Shown here: positions 31,955 to 40,680 of the stretch, in pieces
How the letters are laid out: each line of letters starts with the position of its first letter
Position numbering within the stretch: the first letter of the stretch is position 1
From: Jiangellaceae bacterium
GTDB lineage: Bacteria; Actinomycetota; Actinomycetes; Jiangellales; Jiangellaceae
Length of the DNA stretch: 40,830 nucleotides
Direction of reading: 5' to 3'
Assembly: GCA_050743145.1 (NCBI GenBank)
Contig: JBOGDU010000115.1
Coordinates: 1 to 40,830, forward strand
The notes under the pieces: generated by a model
The model's database searches: none
Seen by the model: only the letters and a program-made list of their open reading frames with translations
Told to the model about the DNA's origin: nothing
Position numbers and translations under genes: made by a program

Positions 31955-34237
31955 CTATTCCTCGAGCAGCCCGATGTCACGCGCCCTGAGCACTGCGTCT
32001 GTCCGCGTGGAGACACTCAGCTTGCGGTAGATGGAGATGGCATGGGTCTTGACGGTGTTGGTCGACACGAAGAGGCGTTCGCCGATCTCGCGGAATGACA
32101 GATGTGTCGGCAGGTATGAGAGCAGGCGCAATTCCGCTGCGGTCAGGGCGGTCGGGCCGGGGACGTCTCCTCCGCGGAGCAGCTCGAGCCGGCGCTGGAC
32201 ACCGCCGAGCTGTTCTCCGAGGGTGCCGTCGTCGGGCAGCCTGCCCACGATCTCGCGCGCGTCGGAGAGGAGCATCCATGCGCCCGCGCGGTCGGAGAGG
32301 GCGAACTGCACCCGTGCAAGCTCGACCATCGTCTGGACGGCGAGCCAGGGGATGGCACGGGTGAGCATCGGCCGTAGTCGTTGAGTCCGTATGACCTCCT
32401 GCCTCGCGCCGGCCACATCGCCGTCGTGGAGCGCGGTCCGGGCCACCGTGGCGAAGGTGATCGAGCTCAGCAGGTACTCCTCGAGATGGCCGGTCTCGAC
32501 GGCAGCACGGGCCCGATCCGACAGGCCGCGAGCCGCGCTCCAGTTGCTGCGGCCCATCGCCAGCAGAGACCGCTCGGCGAGGGCGACCGATGCGGCGGGC
32601 AGGGCTCCGAGACGCTCCGCTGCTTCGACCGCGTCGGCGAGGATCTCGTCGGCCCGATCGAGCTCGCCGGCCAGCAGTGTGCCGACACCGTGCAGGATGA
32701 GCGCCGCAGGTCGCCACGGGCTGCGCGACGACTCGAGGCCGACAGCCACTTCGGCGTCCTTCCGCATCTGCTGCACACCTCGCCGGCAGGTCAGGGCATG
32801 GAGGAGGCGCAGCGTCGACTCGCGTGACGTGCCGCCGTCGTGCGGACCATCCGCGACCGGGCCTCGCTCGGCGAGGTCGGCCCACCATGCCGCCCCGATG
32901 GCGTCGCCGGACAACGCCGCCGACCACCCGGCGATCAGCGCCAGCGAGGGATGCCGCTGCATGACCGTCTCGTCGAGGCGGTCGAGCCAGGCTTGCAAGG
33001 TCTTCAGCCGACCGGTGCGGTTGAGGGGGAACGCCAGTTGCTCGAGCAGCACGGCGGCCCGATCGTGGTCACCTCCGGCGAGGGCGTGGTGAACGGCGTC
33101 TTCGGGCACGTCGTTGGCGTCGAACCAGTCCGCGGCTCTGCGGTGAAGGATCGGCGCCAGGCCGGGTTCGCGCACGTTCAGCTCGGTCACCAGCACGTCG
33201 CGCAACAGATGGTGATAGCGATACCACTCCCGGTGATGATCGAGCGGAACGAGCAGCAGGTTGGAGTTCTCGATCGACCGGAGGACCTGCGCCGACCCGG
33301 TCCGGAGGAGGACGGCGTCGCAGAGTGACGCGGACATCCTGTCGAGAACGGAGGAGACGAGGAGAAAGTGCACCAGATCCTCGGACAGTCCGGTGAGGAT
33401 CTCCGACCGCACGTAATCGGCGACGAACCGGTCGTCTCCGGTGAACGCGATGCCCTGGACGCCGTCGTCTCCGCGGGCCTGCACGGACAGCGCCGCAAGG
33501 TACAGACCGGTCGGCCACCCCTCGGTGCGCTGGGTGAGTTCCGCCACCGCGCCGACGGGCAGGTCGACTCCCGCGTTCCGCAGCAGCGACCGAGCTCCAC
33601 CGGCATCCAACGCCAGATCCGAGGCACCGACCTCGGCCAGTGCGCCACGGGCTCGCAGCCGGGCGAGGGGAAAGTCCGGCACGGTACGCGAGGTCATCAC
33701 CAACTGTGAGCCCGGCGGAAGCCGTTCGGCGAGTTCGGCGACAACGTCGAGGCACGCCCGGTCGTCCAGGACGTGGATGTCGTCGAGGAGCAGGGCCAGC
33801 GGCCTTGACATGGCTGCGAGGGCCGCTACCAGCCGGGGAAGCACGGTCGACATGGCCGAGGCGCCACGCGACGAGAGTGCGGCGAACACGAGCGGGCCGA
33901 GAGGTTCGATGCGGTCGAGGGCGACCGCGATATGGGCCATCAGGACGACCGGGTCGTTGTCGCCCGCGTCGAGCGAGATCCAGGCGATCGGCCGGGAGTC
34001 GGCTTCCTCCCATTCGCCGAGCAAGGTGGTCTTCCCGTATCCCGGCGGGGCGATGACGGCTACGACGCGTGCCTGAAGGCTGCACAGCCGCTCGACCAGG
34101 CCGCGACGAGACACGGTTCCGGCCCGCAGCGGCGGCGGATTGAGCTTGGTTTCGATGACGCCGAACGGCGGGCCGGGCGGAGTGGCCGGCGCTCGCCTGC
34201 GGGTCGGTGTGGCTTGCCGGCGAGGCGAGCCGCTCAC
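31955..34237 (-). CDS. Large ATP-binding LuxR-family (LAL/MalT-like) transcriptional regulator
   Basis: N-terminal P-loop IAPPGYGKTTLL, a long helical/TPR-like middle region, and a C-terminal LuxR HTH LTAAELRLLSYLPTHLSFREIGERLFVSTNTVKTHAISIYRKL. Confidence 0.85.
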   Translation of the reverse strand: MSGSPRRQATPTRRRAPATPPGPPFGVIETKLNPPPLRAGTVSRRGLVERLCSLQARVVAVIAPPGYGKTTLLGEWEEADSRPIAWISLDAGDNDPVVLMAHIAVALDRIEPLGPLVFAALSSRGASAMSTVLPRLVAALAAMSRPLALLLDDIHVLDDRACLDVVAELAERLPPGSQLVMTSRTVPDFPLARLRARGALAEVGASDLALDAGGARSLLRNAGVDLPVGAVAELTQRTEGWPTGLYLAALSVQARGDDGVQGIAFTGDDRFVADYVRSEILTGLSEDLVHFLLVSSVLDRMSASLCDAVLLRTGSAQVLRSIENSNLLLVPLDHHREWYRYHHLLRDVLVTELNVREPGLAPILHRRAADWFDANDVPEDAVHHALAGGDHDRAAVLLEQLAFPLNRTGRLKTLQAWLDRLDETVMQRHPSLALIAGWSAALSGDAIGAAWWADLAERGPVADGPHDGGTSRESTLRLLHALTCRRGVQQMRKDAEVAVGLESSRSPWRPAALILHGVGTLLAGELDRADEILADAVEAAERLGALPAASVALAERSLLAMGRSNWSAARGLSDRARAAVETGHLEEYLLSSITFATVARTALHDGDVAGARQEVIRTQRLRPMLTRAIPWLAVQTMVELARVQFALSDRAGAWMLLSDAREIVGRLPDDGTLGEQLGGVQRRLELLRGGDVPGPTALTAAELRLLSYLPTHLSFREIGERLFVSTNTVKTHAISIYRKLSVSTRTDAVLRARDIGLLEE

Positions 34238-34278
34238 GTGGGCACGGTACCAGGGGCGTCAGGTGCTGAGGGTCCTTT

Positions 34279-34295
34279 TCATCCGGTCCGGATGA
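34279..34295. promoter_or_regulatory. Palindrome copy A: TCATCC-GGTCC-GGATGA
   Basis: A perfect 8+1+8 palindrome in the divergent LuxR/CMD intergenic region. It lies 42 nt from the LuxR start and 85 nt from ATG 34380. Confidence 0.5.
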
Positions 34296-34379
34296 TGCGT
34301 CGCAGCGGCCCATGGCGTGCCATGACCCTTGGGGCGGATCGGCGGCTTCGGCTGGATGCATCTCGACGGGAGTTCGGCG

Positions 34380-34757
34380 ATGGTGTCGAACCACGACCGG
34401 CTGCACCAGTACCGGCTGCGCAGCCTGGCGGTGAACGACGAGGAGTTCATCGACTCGGTCCTGGTGATGCGCCCAGAAGACGTCGAGGCATCGGGTCTCG
34501 ACCCGAAGACCCACGCGCTGGTGCGGCTCGGTGCGCTCCTGGCCCTCGACGCGGCGCCGGCGTCTTACCAGTCGGTCGTCGGAGCCGCCTTCGCCTCCGG
34601 CGCCACCGTGGACGAGATCGTCGGAGTCCTCGTCGCCGTGGCTCCCACGGTGGGTGTTGCCCGGATCGTGTCCGCGGCTCCGGAACTTGCCCTGGCTGTC
34701 GGGTACGACATCGACTCGGCGCTCGAGCGGTTGGACGACGAGAGGAATGAGGCATGA
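34380..34757 (+). CDS. Carboxymuconolactone decarboxylase (AhpD-like) family protein
   Basis: GLDPKTHALVRLGALLALDA..ASGATVDEIVGVLVAVAPTVG. RBS GGGAG is 7 nt before ATG 34380. Its stop overlaps the sulfatase ATG (ATGA). Confidence 0.55.
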   Translation: MVSNHDRLHQYRLRSLAVNDEEFIDSVLVMRPEDVEASGLDPKTHALVRLGALLALDAAPASYQSVVGAAFASGATVDEIVGVLVAVAPTVGVARIVSAAPELALAVGYDIDSALERLDDERNEA

Positions 34758-37129
34758 CGCAGAGTGACTCGATGGGACGGCAGGTCCTTCCGATCCCCCA
34801 CCGTCCCTACCGAGGGCTGGTGACCTACGACGCGAAGGACCCCGACACCACGTTCCCGCCGATCGAGCCGCTACGGCCGCCGCCGGGTGCGCCGAACGTC
34901 CTGCTGGTCCTGCTCGACGACGTCGGCTTCGGCGCCTCCAGCGCGTTCGGTGGCCCGTGCGCGACACCGACCGCGGAGAGACTCGCCGCGAACGGCCTGA
35001 AATTCAACCGCTTTCACACGACGGCACTGTGCTCACCCTCGCGCCAGGCTCTGCTGACGGGGAGGAACCACCACTCGGTCGGGATGGGCGGGATCACCGA
35101 GATCGCCACGTCGGCTCCCGGCTACAACTCGATCCGGCCCAACACGGCGGCTCCGCTCGCCGAGACGCTGAAGTTGAACGGCTACTCGACGGCGCAGTTC
35201 GGCAAGTGCCACGAGGTGCCGGTGTGGGAGACCAGCCCGATGGGCCCGTTCGATGCCTGGCCGTCTGGTGGCGGCGGGTTCGAGTACTTCTACGGCTTCA
35301 TCGGCGGCGAGGCGCACCAGTACTACCCGGCGATCTACGAAGGCACGGTTCCGGTCGAGCCTGAGAAGTCCCCGGCCGAGGGCTACCACTTCATGGCGGA
35401 CATGACGGACAAGGCAATCCGGTGGGTTCGCCAGCAGAAGGCGCTCATGTCTGACAAGCCGTTCTTCATGTACTTCGCCCCGGGCGCGACCCATGCTCCC
35501 CATCACGTGCCGAAGGAGTGGGCGGACAAGTACCGGGGTCGGTTCGACCAAGGCTGGGACCACCTGCGCGAGCAGACGCTCGAGCGGCAGAAGGCGCTCG
35601 GCGTCGTCCCGGCGGACACGGAGCTGACGGCACGGCACGAGGAGATCCCGGCCTGGGACGACATGCCGGACGACCTGAAGCCGGTGCTCAGACGACAGAT
35701 GGAGGTCTACGCAGGCTTCCTCGAGTACACCGACCACCATGTCGGCCGCCTGATCGACTGTCTCGACGACCTCGGGATCCTCGGTGACACGCTGGTGTAC
35801 TACATGATCGGTGACAACGGCGCCTCGGCCGAGGGCACGCTGCACGGCACCTTCAACGAGATGATCAACTTCAACGGCGCCGCAGCCCTGGAGACGCCGT
35901 CATTCATGGCGGCCCGGCTCGACCAGTTCGGAGGGCCCGACTCGTACAACCACTACGCGGTCGGCTGGGCGCACGCGATGAACGCGCCCCTGCAGTGGAC
36001 CAAGCAGGTCGCCTCGCACTGGGGTGGAACCCGCAACGGGACCATCGTCCACTGGCCCGACGGCGTCGGGGCGAAGGGTGAGATCCGCTCCCAGTTCCAC
36101 CACGTCATCGACGTCGCCCCGACCGTCCTCGAGGTCGCCGGCCTGCCGGAGCCCGCATTCGTCAACGGCGTGCAGCAGCAACCGATGCAGGGCGTCAGCA
36201 TGGCCTACTCCTTTGACGACGCCGCGGCGGCCGACCGGCACGAGACGCAGTACTTCGAGATGTTCGGGAACCGCGGGATCTACCACCAGGGGTGGTCGGC
36301 CGTCACGAAGCACAAGACACCGTGGATCCTCGTCGGCGGGGACATGCCCGCCTTCGACGACGACGTCTGGGAGCTGTACGACGCCGACTCCGACTGGAGC
36401 CAGGCGCGCGACCTCTCCAGCGAGTACCCCGAGAGACTGCACGAGCTTCAGCGCCTCTGGCTGGTCGAGGCGACCCGGTACGGCGTGCTTCCGTTGGACG
36501 ACAGGTCCGCTGAACGAGTCAACCCCGAAGCGGCCGGCCGGCCGAGACTGATCAGAGGCAACTCCCAGCTTCTCTTCGGCGGCATGGGGCGGCTGTCGGA
36601 GAACTCGGTGGTGAACATCAAGAACAAGTCCCACTCCGTCACGGCCGAGATCGTCGTCCCGGAGTCGGGTGCCGAAGGCGTGATCGTCGCCCAGGGCGGG
36701 AGTATCGGCGGGTGGAGCCTCTATGCCAGGGAAGGCAAGCCGAAGTACTGCTACAACCTGCTCGGCATCCAGCACTTCTACGTCGAGGGCGACCAGACGA
36801 TCTCCGCGGGCGAGCACCAGGTCCGCGTCGAGTTCGCCTATGACGGTGGTGGCCTCGGAAAAGGTGGGGCGGTATCGCTCTTCCTGGACGGGACCAAGGT
36901 AGGTGAGGGCCGCGTCGACGCGACCGCAGCGATGATCTTCTCGGCCGACGACACATGCGATGTCGGCAGGGAGGGCGGAGCACTCGTGACCGACGACTAC
37001 GGTCCGCACGACAACGCGTTCTCCGGCGAGGTGAACTGGGTCCAGATCGACGTCGGCGAGGACGCAGCCGACGCCGACCACCTGATCACGGCGGAGGAAC
37101 GCCTTCGGGTCGCGATGGCGCGCCAATGA
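34754..37129 (+). CDS. Arylsulfatase (formylglycine-dependent sulfatase, large AtsA type)
   Basis: NVLLVLLDDVGFG and CSPSRQALLTGRNHH (the C-x-P-x-R formylglycine motif). The 791-aa length is similar to the large actinobacterial arylsulfatases. Confidence 0.85.
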   Translation: MTQSDSMGRQVLPIPHRPYRGLVTYDAKDPDTTFPPIEPLRPPPGAPNVLLVLLDDVGFGASSAFGGPCATPTAERLAANGLKFNRFHTTALCSPSRQALLTGRNHHSVGMGGITEIATSAPGYNSIRPNTAAPLAETLKLNGYSTAQFGKCHEVPVWETSPMGPFDAWPSGGGGFEYFYGFIGGEAHQYYPAIYEGTVPVEPEKSPAEGYHFMADMTDKAIRWVRQQKALMSDKPFFMYFAPGATHAPHHVPKEWADKYRGRFDQGWDHLREQTLERQKALGVVPADTELTARHEEIPAWDDMPDDLKPVLRRQMEVYAGFLEYTDHHVGRLIDCLDDLGILGDTLVYYMIGDNGASAEGTLHGTFNEMINFNGAAALETPSFMAARLDQFGGPDSYNHYAVGWAHAMNAPLQWTKQVASHWGGTRNGTIVHWPDGVGAKGEIRSQFHHVIDVAPTVLEVAGLPEPAFVNGVQQQPMQGVSMAYSFDDAAAADRHETQYFEMFGNRGIYHQGWSAVTKHKTPWILVGGDMPAFDDDVWELYDADSDWSQARDLSSEYPERLHELQRLWLVEATRYGVLPLDDRSAERVNPEAAGRPRLIRGNSQLLFGGMGRLSENSVVNIKNKSHSVTAEIVVPESGAEGVIVAQGGSIGGWSLYAREGKPKYCYNLLGIQHFYVEGDQTISAGEHQVRVEFAYDGGGLGKGGAVSLFLDGTKVGEGRVDATAAMIFSADDTCDVGREGGALVTDDYGPHDNAFSGEVNWVQIDVGEDAADADHLITAEERLRVAMARQ

Positions 37130-37157
37130 CCAGCAACCAGCGTGACCTCGGGCTCTT

Positions 37158-37174
37158 TCACCCGGTCCGGGTGA
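37158..37174. promoter_or_regulatory. Palindrome copy B: TCACCC-GGTCC-GGGTGA
   Basis: A perfect 8+1+8 palindrome 79 nt upstream of GTG 37253. Its flanks (cTTTCA....TGATGC) are shared with copy A. Confidence 0.5.
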
Positions 37175-37252
37175 TGCCCTCGATGTCCGCGAGGGTGTCC
37201 CATGTGACAACGGCGGCCGGGCGCTTGTGAGCCGGCCGAAGGAAGGACGACC

Positions 37253-37789
37253 GTGATCGGACCTGTGCAGTTGGTGGTGCTCGGCTTCAGCAAGCCCGAG
37301 TTCAGGGGCGAGATCCTGGCCGAGCTCGAACGGCTCCGAGAGGACGACACGGTTCGATTGATCGACGCACTCGCGGTCTACAAGGACGCCGAAGGCGAGT
37401 TCGCCGCGTTGGAGGTCAGCAACCTTTCGGCGGCGGAGGCGGCGGAGTTCGGGGCCGTTGTCGGCGCTCTTGTCGGGCTCGGTATCGCAGGCGAGGAGGG
37501 CATGGTAGCGGGGGCCGTGTCAGGCGCCGAGGCGGCCGCGGACGGCGTGGACCTGTTCACCGACGAGGACGCGTGGGACGTCCTCGACGAGCTTCCCAAC
37601 GACTCGGCCGCTGCCATCGTGCTCCTCGAGCACCGGTGGGCGATCCCGTTACGCGACGCGATCGTCCGCGCCGGCGGCTTCCCGATCAGCGACGGCTTCA
37701 TCAGTCCGCTCGACCTCGTCGCGACCGGGCTCGCGTCGGCCGCGGAAGCGGAGGCGATGGTGGACACCGCCGGGACAAAGGAGACCTGA
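37253..37789 (+). CDS. DUF6325-like protein (Gly/Ala-rich central segment)
   Basis: IGPVQLVVLGFSKPEFRGEILAELERLREDDTVRLIDALAVYKDAEGE. RBS GAAGGAAGGA precedes GTG 37253. Confidence 0.6.
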   Translation: MIGPVQLVVLGFSKPEFRGEILAELERLREDDTVRLIDALAVYKDAEGEFAALEVSNLSAAEAAEFGAVVGALVGLGIAGEEGMVAGAVSGAEAAADGVDLFTDEDAWDVLDELPNDSAAAIVLLEHRWAIPLRDAIVRAGGFPISDGFISPLDLVATGLASAAEAEAMVDTAGTKET

Positions 37790-37790
37790 C

Positions 37791-37889
37791 GAGGTTCGGA
37801 CCCAGCAGCAGCTCGGCCGGCTCGAGGAGCAAGGCCTGATCACCGACGACGAGTACGAAGCCACGAAGAAGCAGATCCTGGGGATCTGA
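37791..37889 (+). pseudogene. Orphan SHOCT-domain coding segment with no start codon, in the +1 frame relative to the preceding gene
   Basis: Frame 0 reads EVRTQQQLGRLEEQGLITDDEYEATKKQILGI*, with TGA at 37887-37889. There is no ATG, GTG or TTG in this frame for more than 200 nt upstream. Confidence 0.5.
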
Positions 37890-37922
37890 CGCACACACCA
37901 CTACTTTGCGGAGGCCACTGTC

Positions 37923-38306
37923 ATGCCACTCATGGACCTGTTCTGGACGATGCTCTGGTTCTTCTTGTTCATCGCCTGGATCTGGCTGTTGATCTCGATC
38001 GTCACCGACATCTTCCGCAGCGACGAACTGTCCGGCTGGACGAAGGCGCTGTGGATCCTGTTCGTGATCGTCGTGCCATGGCTCGGCGCACTCATCTACC
38101 TGATCGCCCGGGGCGGCTCGATGCAGGAGCGGGCGATGCGCGACGCGACCCAGCGCGAACAGGCGACCCGGCAGTACATCCAGGAGGTCGCCTCCACCGG
38201 TGGGTCCTCCTCCGCGGAGGAGCTGACCAAGCTGGCCCAACTGCGCGAGTCCGGCGTCATCACCACGGCGGAGTTCGAGGCTCAGAAGGCGAAGCTCCTC
38301 GCCTGA
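37923..38306 (+). CDS. PLDc_N membrane domain + SHOCT domain protein
   Basis: LFWTMLWFFLFIAWIWLLISIVTDIF..WTKALWILFVIVVPWLGALIYLI, then the C-terminal LTKLAQLRESGVITTAEFEAQKAKLL. RBS GGAGG lies upstream. Confidence 0.75.
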   Translation: MPLMDLFWTMLWFFLFIAWIWLLISIVTDIFRSDELSGWTKALWILFVIVVPWLGALIYLIARGGSMQERAMRDATQREQATRQYIQEVASTGGSSSAEELTKLAQLRESGVITTAEFEAQKAKLLA

Positions 38307-38346
38307 GACCGTGCCGTGACAAGGCTTGTCCGGGAGGAGGGCAGAC

Positions 38347-38844
38347 ATGGCGACCATGGGCCCAGGCGCGGCCGATGGAACACCGGAGCGTAGCCCGCGC
38401 GCGGAAGTCCGCGTCCGGGCCGGTCGCCTGTGGGGCGGCGGCGTAGCGGTTGCCGTGGTCGCAGCCCTGACAGCGGCCGTCGGCTACTTGATCTGTGAGG
38501 TGGTTCTGGACATCGCGCTGATCCCGCCAGCAGAACTCGTCGGCGGCTCCAGTGATACCGGCTCGGTGTTGGCGCAGTACATAGCCCTCGGTGTGGTTGC
38601 CGCGCTTGTCGCAACGGCCCTCTTGCACTTCCTGTTGATCTCGACGCCGCGCCCGTTCGCGTTCTTCGGCTGGATCATGACACTGGTCACGGTGGCCGCG
38701 GGTGTCCTACCGTTCGCCACGGATCACGACCTGGACTCCCAGGTCGCGTCTGCCGCCGTCCTCGTGGTGCTCGGCGCCGCCATCGGCTCGCTGGTGTCCG
38801 GGGTCGGCGCTCGGTCGCTATTGCGTTCGCGTCCAGGTCCGTGA
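38347..38844 (+). CDS. Integral membrane protein (DUF6069-like, 4 TM)
   Basis: RBS GGGAGGAGGG precedes ATG 38347. There are four hydrophobic segments. Confidence 0.5.
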   Translation: MATMGPGAADGTPERSPRAEVRVRAGRLWGGGVAVAVVAALTAAVGYLICEVVLDIALIPPAELVGGSSDTGSVLAQYIALGVVAALVATALLHFLLISTPRPFAFFGWIMTLVTVAAGVLPFATDHDLDSQVASAAVLVVLGAAIGSLVSGVGARSLLRSRPGP

Positions 38845-38866
38845 GTCACCCGGCCGGCGACGACGT

Positions 38867-38883
38867 TCATCCAGTCCGGATGG
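38867..38883. promoter_or_regulatory. Palindrome copy C: TCATCC-AGTCC-GGATGG
   Basis: Lies 35 nt upstream of GTG 38918. It has two mismatches to copy A, and the GTTCA....TGGTGCC flanks are shared. Confidence 0.4.
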
Positions 38884-38917
38884 TGCCAACCGCAGGCGGT
38901 CGTGTTCGATGTCGTAG

Positions 38918-40240
38918 GTGATCGGGCTCGCCGTTCTTGCCGTGGTTTTCATCGGCTATTCCGTCGTGGCGGCCCGGCTGGCACGTTGGTCGGTCACCGC
39001 GCCGATGGTATTCGTCACGACGGGAGCCCTGATCGGTCCGGAAGGGCTCGGCGCTCTGGACGTCGCGGTCAACGTGGAGGCGGTCAAGGTCATCGCCGAG
39101 GTGACCCTCGCCCTCATCCTCTTCGCAGACGCATCCACGCTCAAATGGAGAGAGGTCCGACTCGACGCCACGCTCCCGGCGCGGCTTCTCTTGATCGGGT
39201 TCCCGCTCACCGTCCTCGCGGGTGTGGTGGCCGGCGTGTGGCTGATTCCGGCAGCCGGCTGGGTAGTGGCGGCGCTCGCTGCCAGCATGCTTGCGCCCAC
39301 GGACGCCGCTCTTGGGCTCGGGGTCTTCACCGACCGATCGGTCCCGGCAGGCATCCGGCGGGCTCTCAATGTCGAGAGCGGCCTCAACGACGGGCTTGCC
39401 ACGCCTCTCGTCACGCTCTTCCTGGCGGCCGCGGTGGCACAGGAGGGGGTTGGACCGGAGGGTTGGCTCGCCGCGGCGGCCCAGGCGCTGGGCCTGGCGA
39501 TCCTGGTTGCCACCCTAGTCGGTGTCGGTGTCGGGCGTTTCTTGGCCGGTGCTCGCCGGCGAGGATGGACGACTGAGATCTCCGACCGGCTGGCGGTGCT
39601 GGCCACGGCGCTGCTGTCCTACGCCGGCGCCGTCGCGATGGGCGGCAACGGTTTCGTAGCCGCGTTCGTGGCCGGGATCCTCTTCGCCGCTGCCTCCGGC
39701 GGGCAGCTGCATGAGGCGACCGAGTTCACCGAGGATCTCGGGCTGATCGCCTCCTTCGTGGTCTGGGCGATCTTCGGCGCACTGCTCGTCGCTCCATTGC
39801 TGACCCATGAGTTCCATCCGTCGGCGATCGTGTACGCGCTGGTCAGCCTCACGCTGGTGCGAATCGTGCCGGTAGCCGTAGCACTGGCGGGCACCGGGCT
39901 GAGACCTGTTTCGATCGCGTTCATGGGGTGGTTCGGCCCGAGAGGACTGGCATCGGTCGTGTTCACGCTGTTGGCGTTCGAGTCGCTCGAGGCCGGCGGA
40001 TTGGCCCCGGAACGGCTGATCGAGGTCGCTACCTGGACCATCCTGCTGTCGATCATCGCCCACGGCGTCACGGCCCGCCCTCTGGCTGCTGCCTACGGTC
40101 GAGCCGCCGCCGGCGCCACGGTCGAGCACCACGAACCCGCGCCGCAGCTCGAGACACGGGTTCCGAGGGGCTTGTCAGCTCGGCGGCCGGAGCGAGGTGT
40201 CAGACGTGAACCTGACGGGTCCGAGCGGCACCCGGGTTGA
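38918..40240 (+). CDS. Cation:proton antiporter (CPA1/NhaP-type Na+/H+ exchanger)
   Basis: About 11-12 TM segments, with LAPTDAALG and ESGLNDGLATPLV motifs. GTG 38918 immediately follows an in-frame TAG. Confidence 0.8.
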   Translation: MIGLAVLAVVFIGYSVVAARLARWSVTAPMVFVTTGALIGPEGLGALDVAVNVEAVKVIAEVTLALILFADASTLKWREVRLDATLPARLLLIGFPLTVLAGVVAGVWLIPAAGWVVAALAASMLAPTDAALGLGVFTDRSVPAGIRRALNVESGLNDGLATPLVTLFLAAAVAQEGVGPEGWLAAAAQALGLAILVATLVGVGVGRFLAGARRRGWTTEISDRLAVLATALLSYAGAVAMGGNGFVAAFVAGILFAAASGGQLHEATEFTEDLGLIASFVVWAIFGALLVAPLLTHEFHPSAIVYALVSLTLVRIVPVAVALAGTGLRPVSIAFMGWFGPRGLASVVFTLLAFESLEAGGLAPERLIEVATWTILLSIIAHGVTARPLAAAYGRAAAGATVEHHEPAPQLETRVPRGLSARRPERGVRREPDGSERHPG

Positions 40241-40280
40241 GCGGAGCGTCCGATGACAAGCATCGCAATCGTCGTTCGTG

Positions 40281-40310
40281 GCAGGGCTGGCCTACCTACG
40301 GCCAGCCTGC
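40281..40310. terminator. GC-rich hairpin between convergent genes (GGCTGGCC-TACCTAC-GGCCAGCC, extendable with one bulge)
   Basis: 40285-40292 pairs with 40300-40307 around a 7-nt loop. It sits between the NhaP stop (40240) and the mnhG stop (40318). Confidence 0.5.
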
Positions 40311-40317
40311 GGACCAG

Positions 40318-40680
40318 TCAGGACTCACCTGAATCGTCAGCCTGGAGCGCCGTCGTGAGCTCGTCGGTGACGAGAAGGTCCTTGCGTACCTGTCCGGTCC
40401 GGTAGGCGGCGCGGCCGACCATGTGTGCGGCGACGGGAGTCGTCAGCAGTTGCAGGGCCGCGACGACGACGAGCATGCCGACCACACTGCTGTCGCGGAG
40501 CCGGAGCCCCACTCCGAGTAGGACGAACAGCAGGCCGAGGGTCTGCGGCTTCGTCGCGGCGTGCATGCGGCTCAGCAGGTCGGGGAAGCGGACCAGGCCG
40601 ATCGCCGCGGCCAGACCCAGCAGCGCCCCCGCGACCAGGCAGCATGCCGATGCGACGTCGAAGACCGTGTCCCACGTCAC
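40318..40680 (-). CDS. mnhG: Monovalent cation/H+ antiporter subunit G (Mrp/Mnh)
   Basis: LLGLAAAIGLVRFPDLLSRMHAATKPQTLG..LLTTPVAAHMVGRAAY. The GTG start overlaps the upstream stop (GTGA). Confidence 0.85.
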   Translation of the reverse strand: MTWDTVFDVASACCLVAGALLGLAAAIGLVRFPDLLSRMHAATKPQTLGLLFVLLGVGLRLRDSSVVGMLVVVAALQLLTTPVAAHMVGRAAYRTGQVRKDLLVTDELTTALQADDSGES

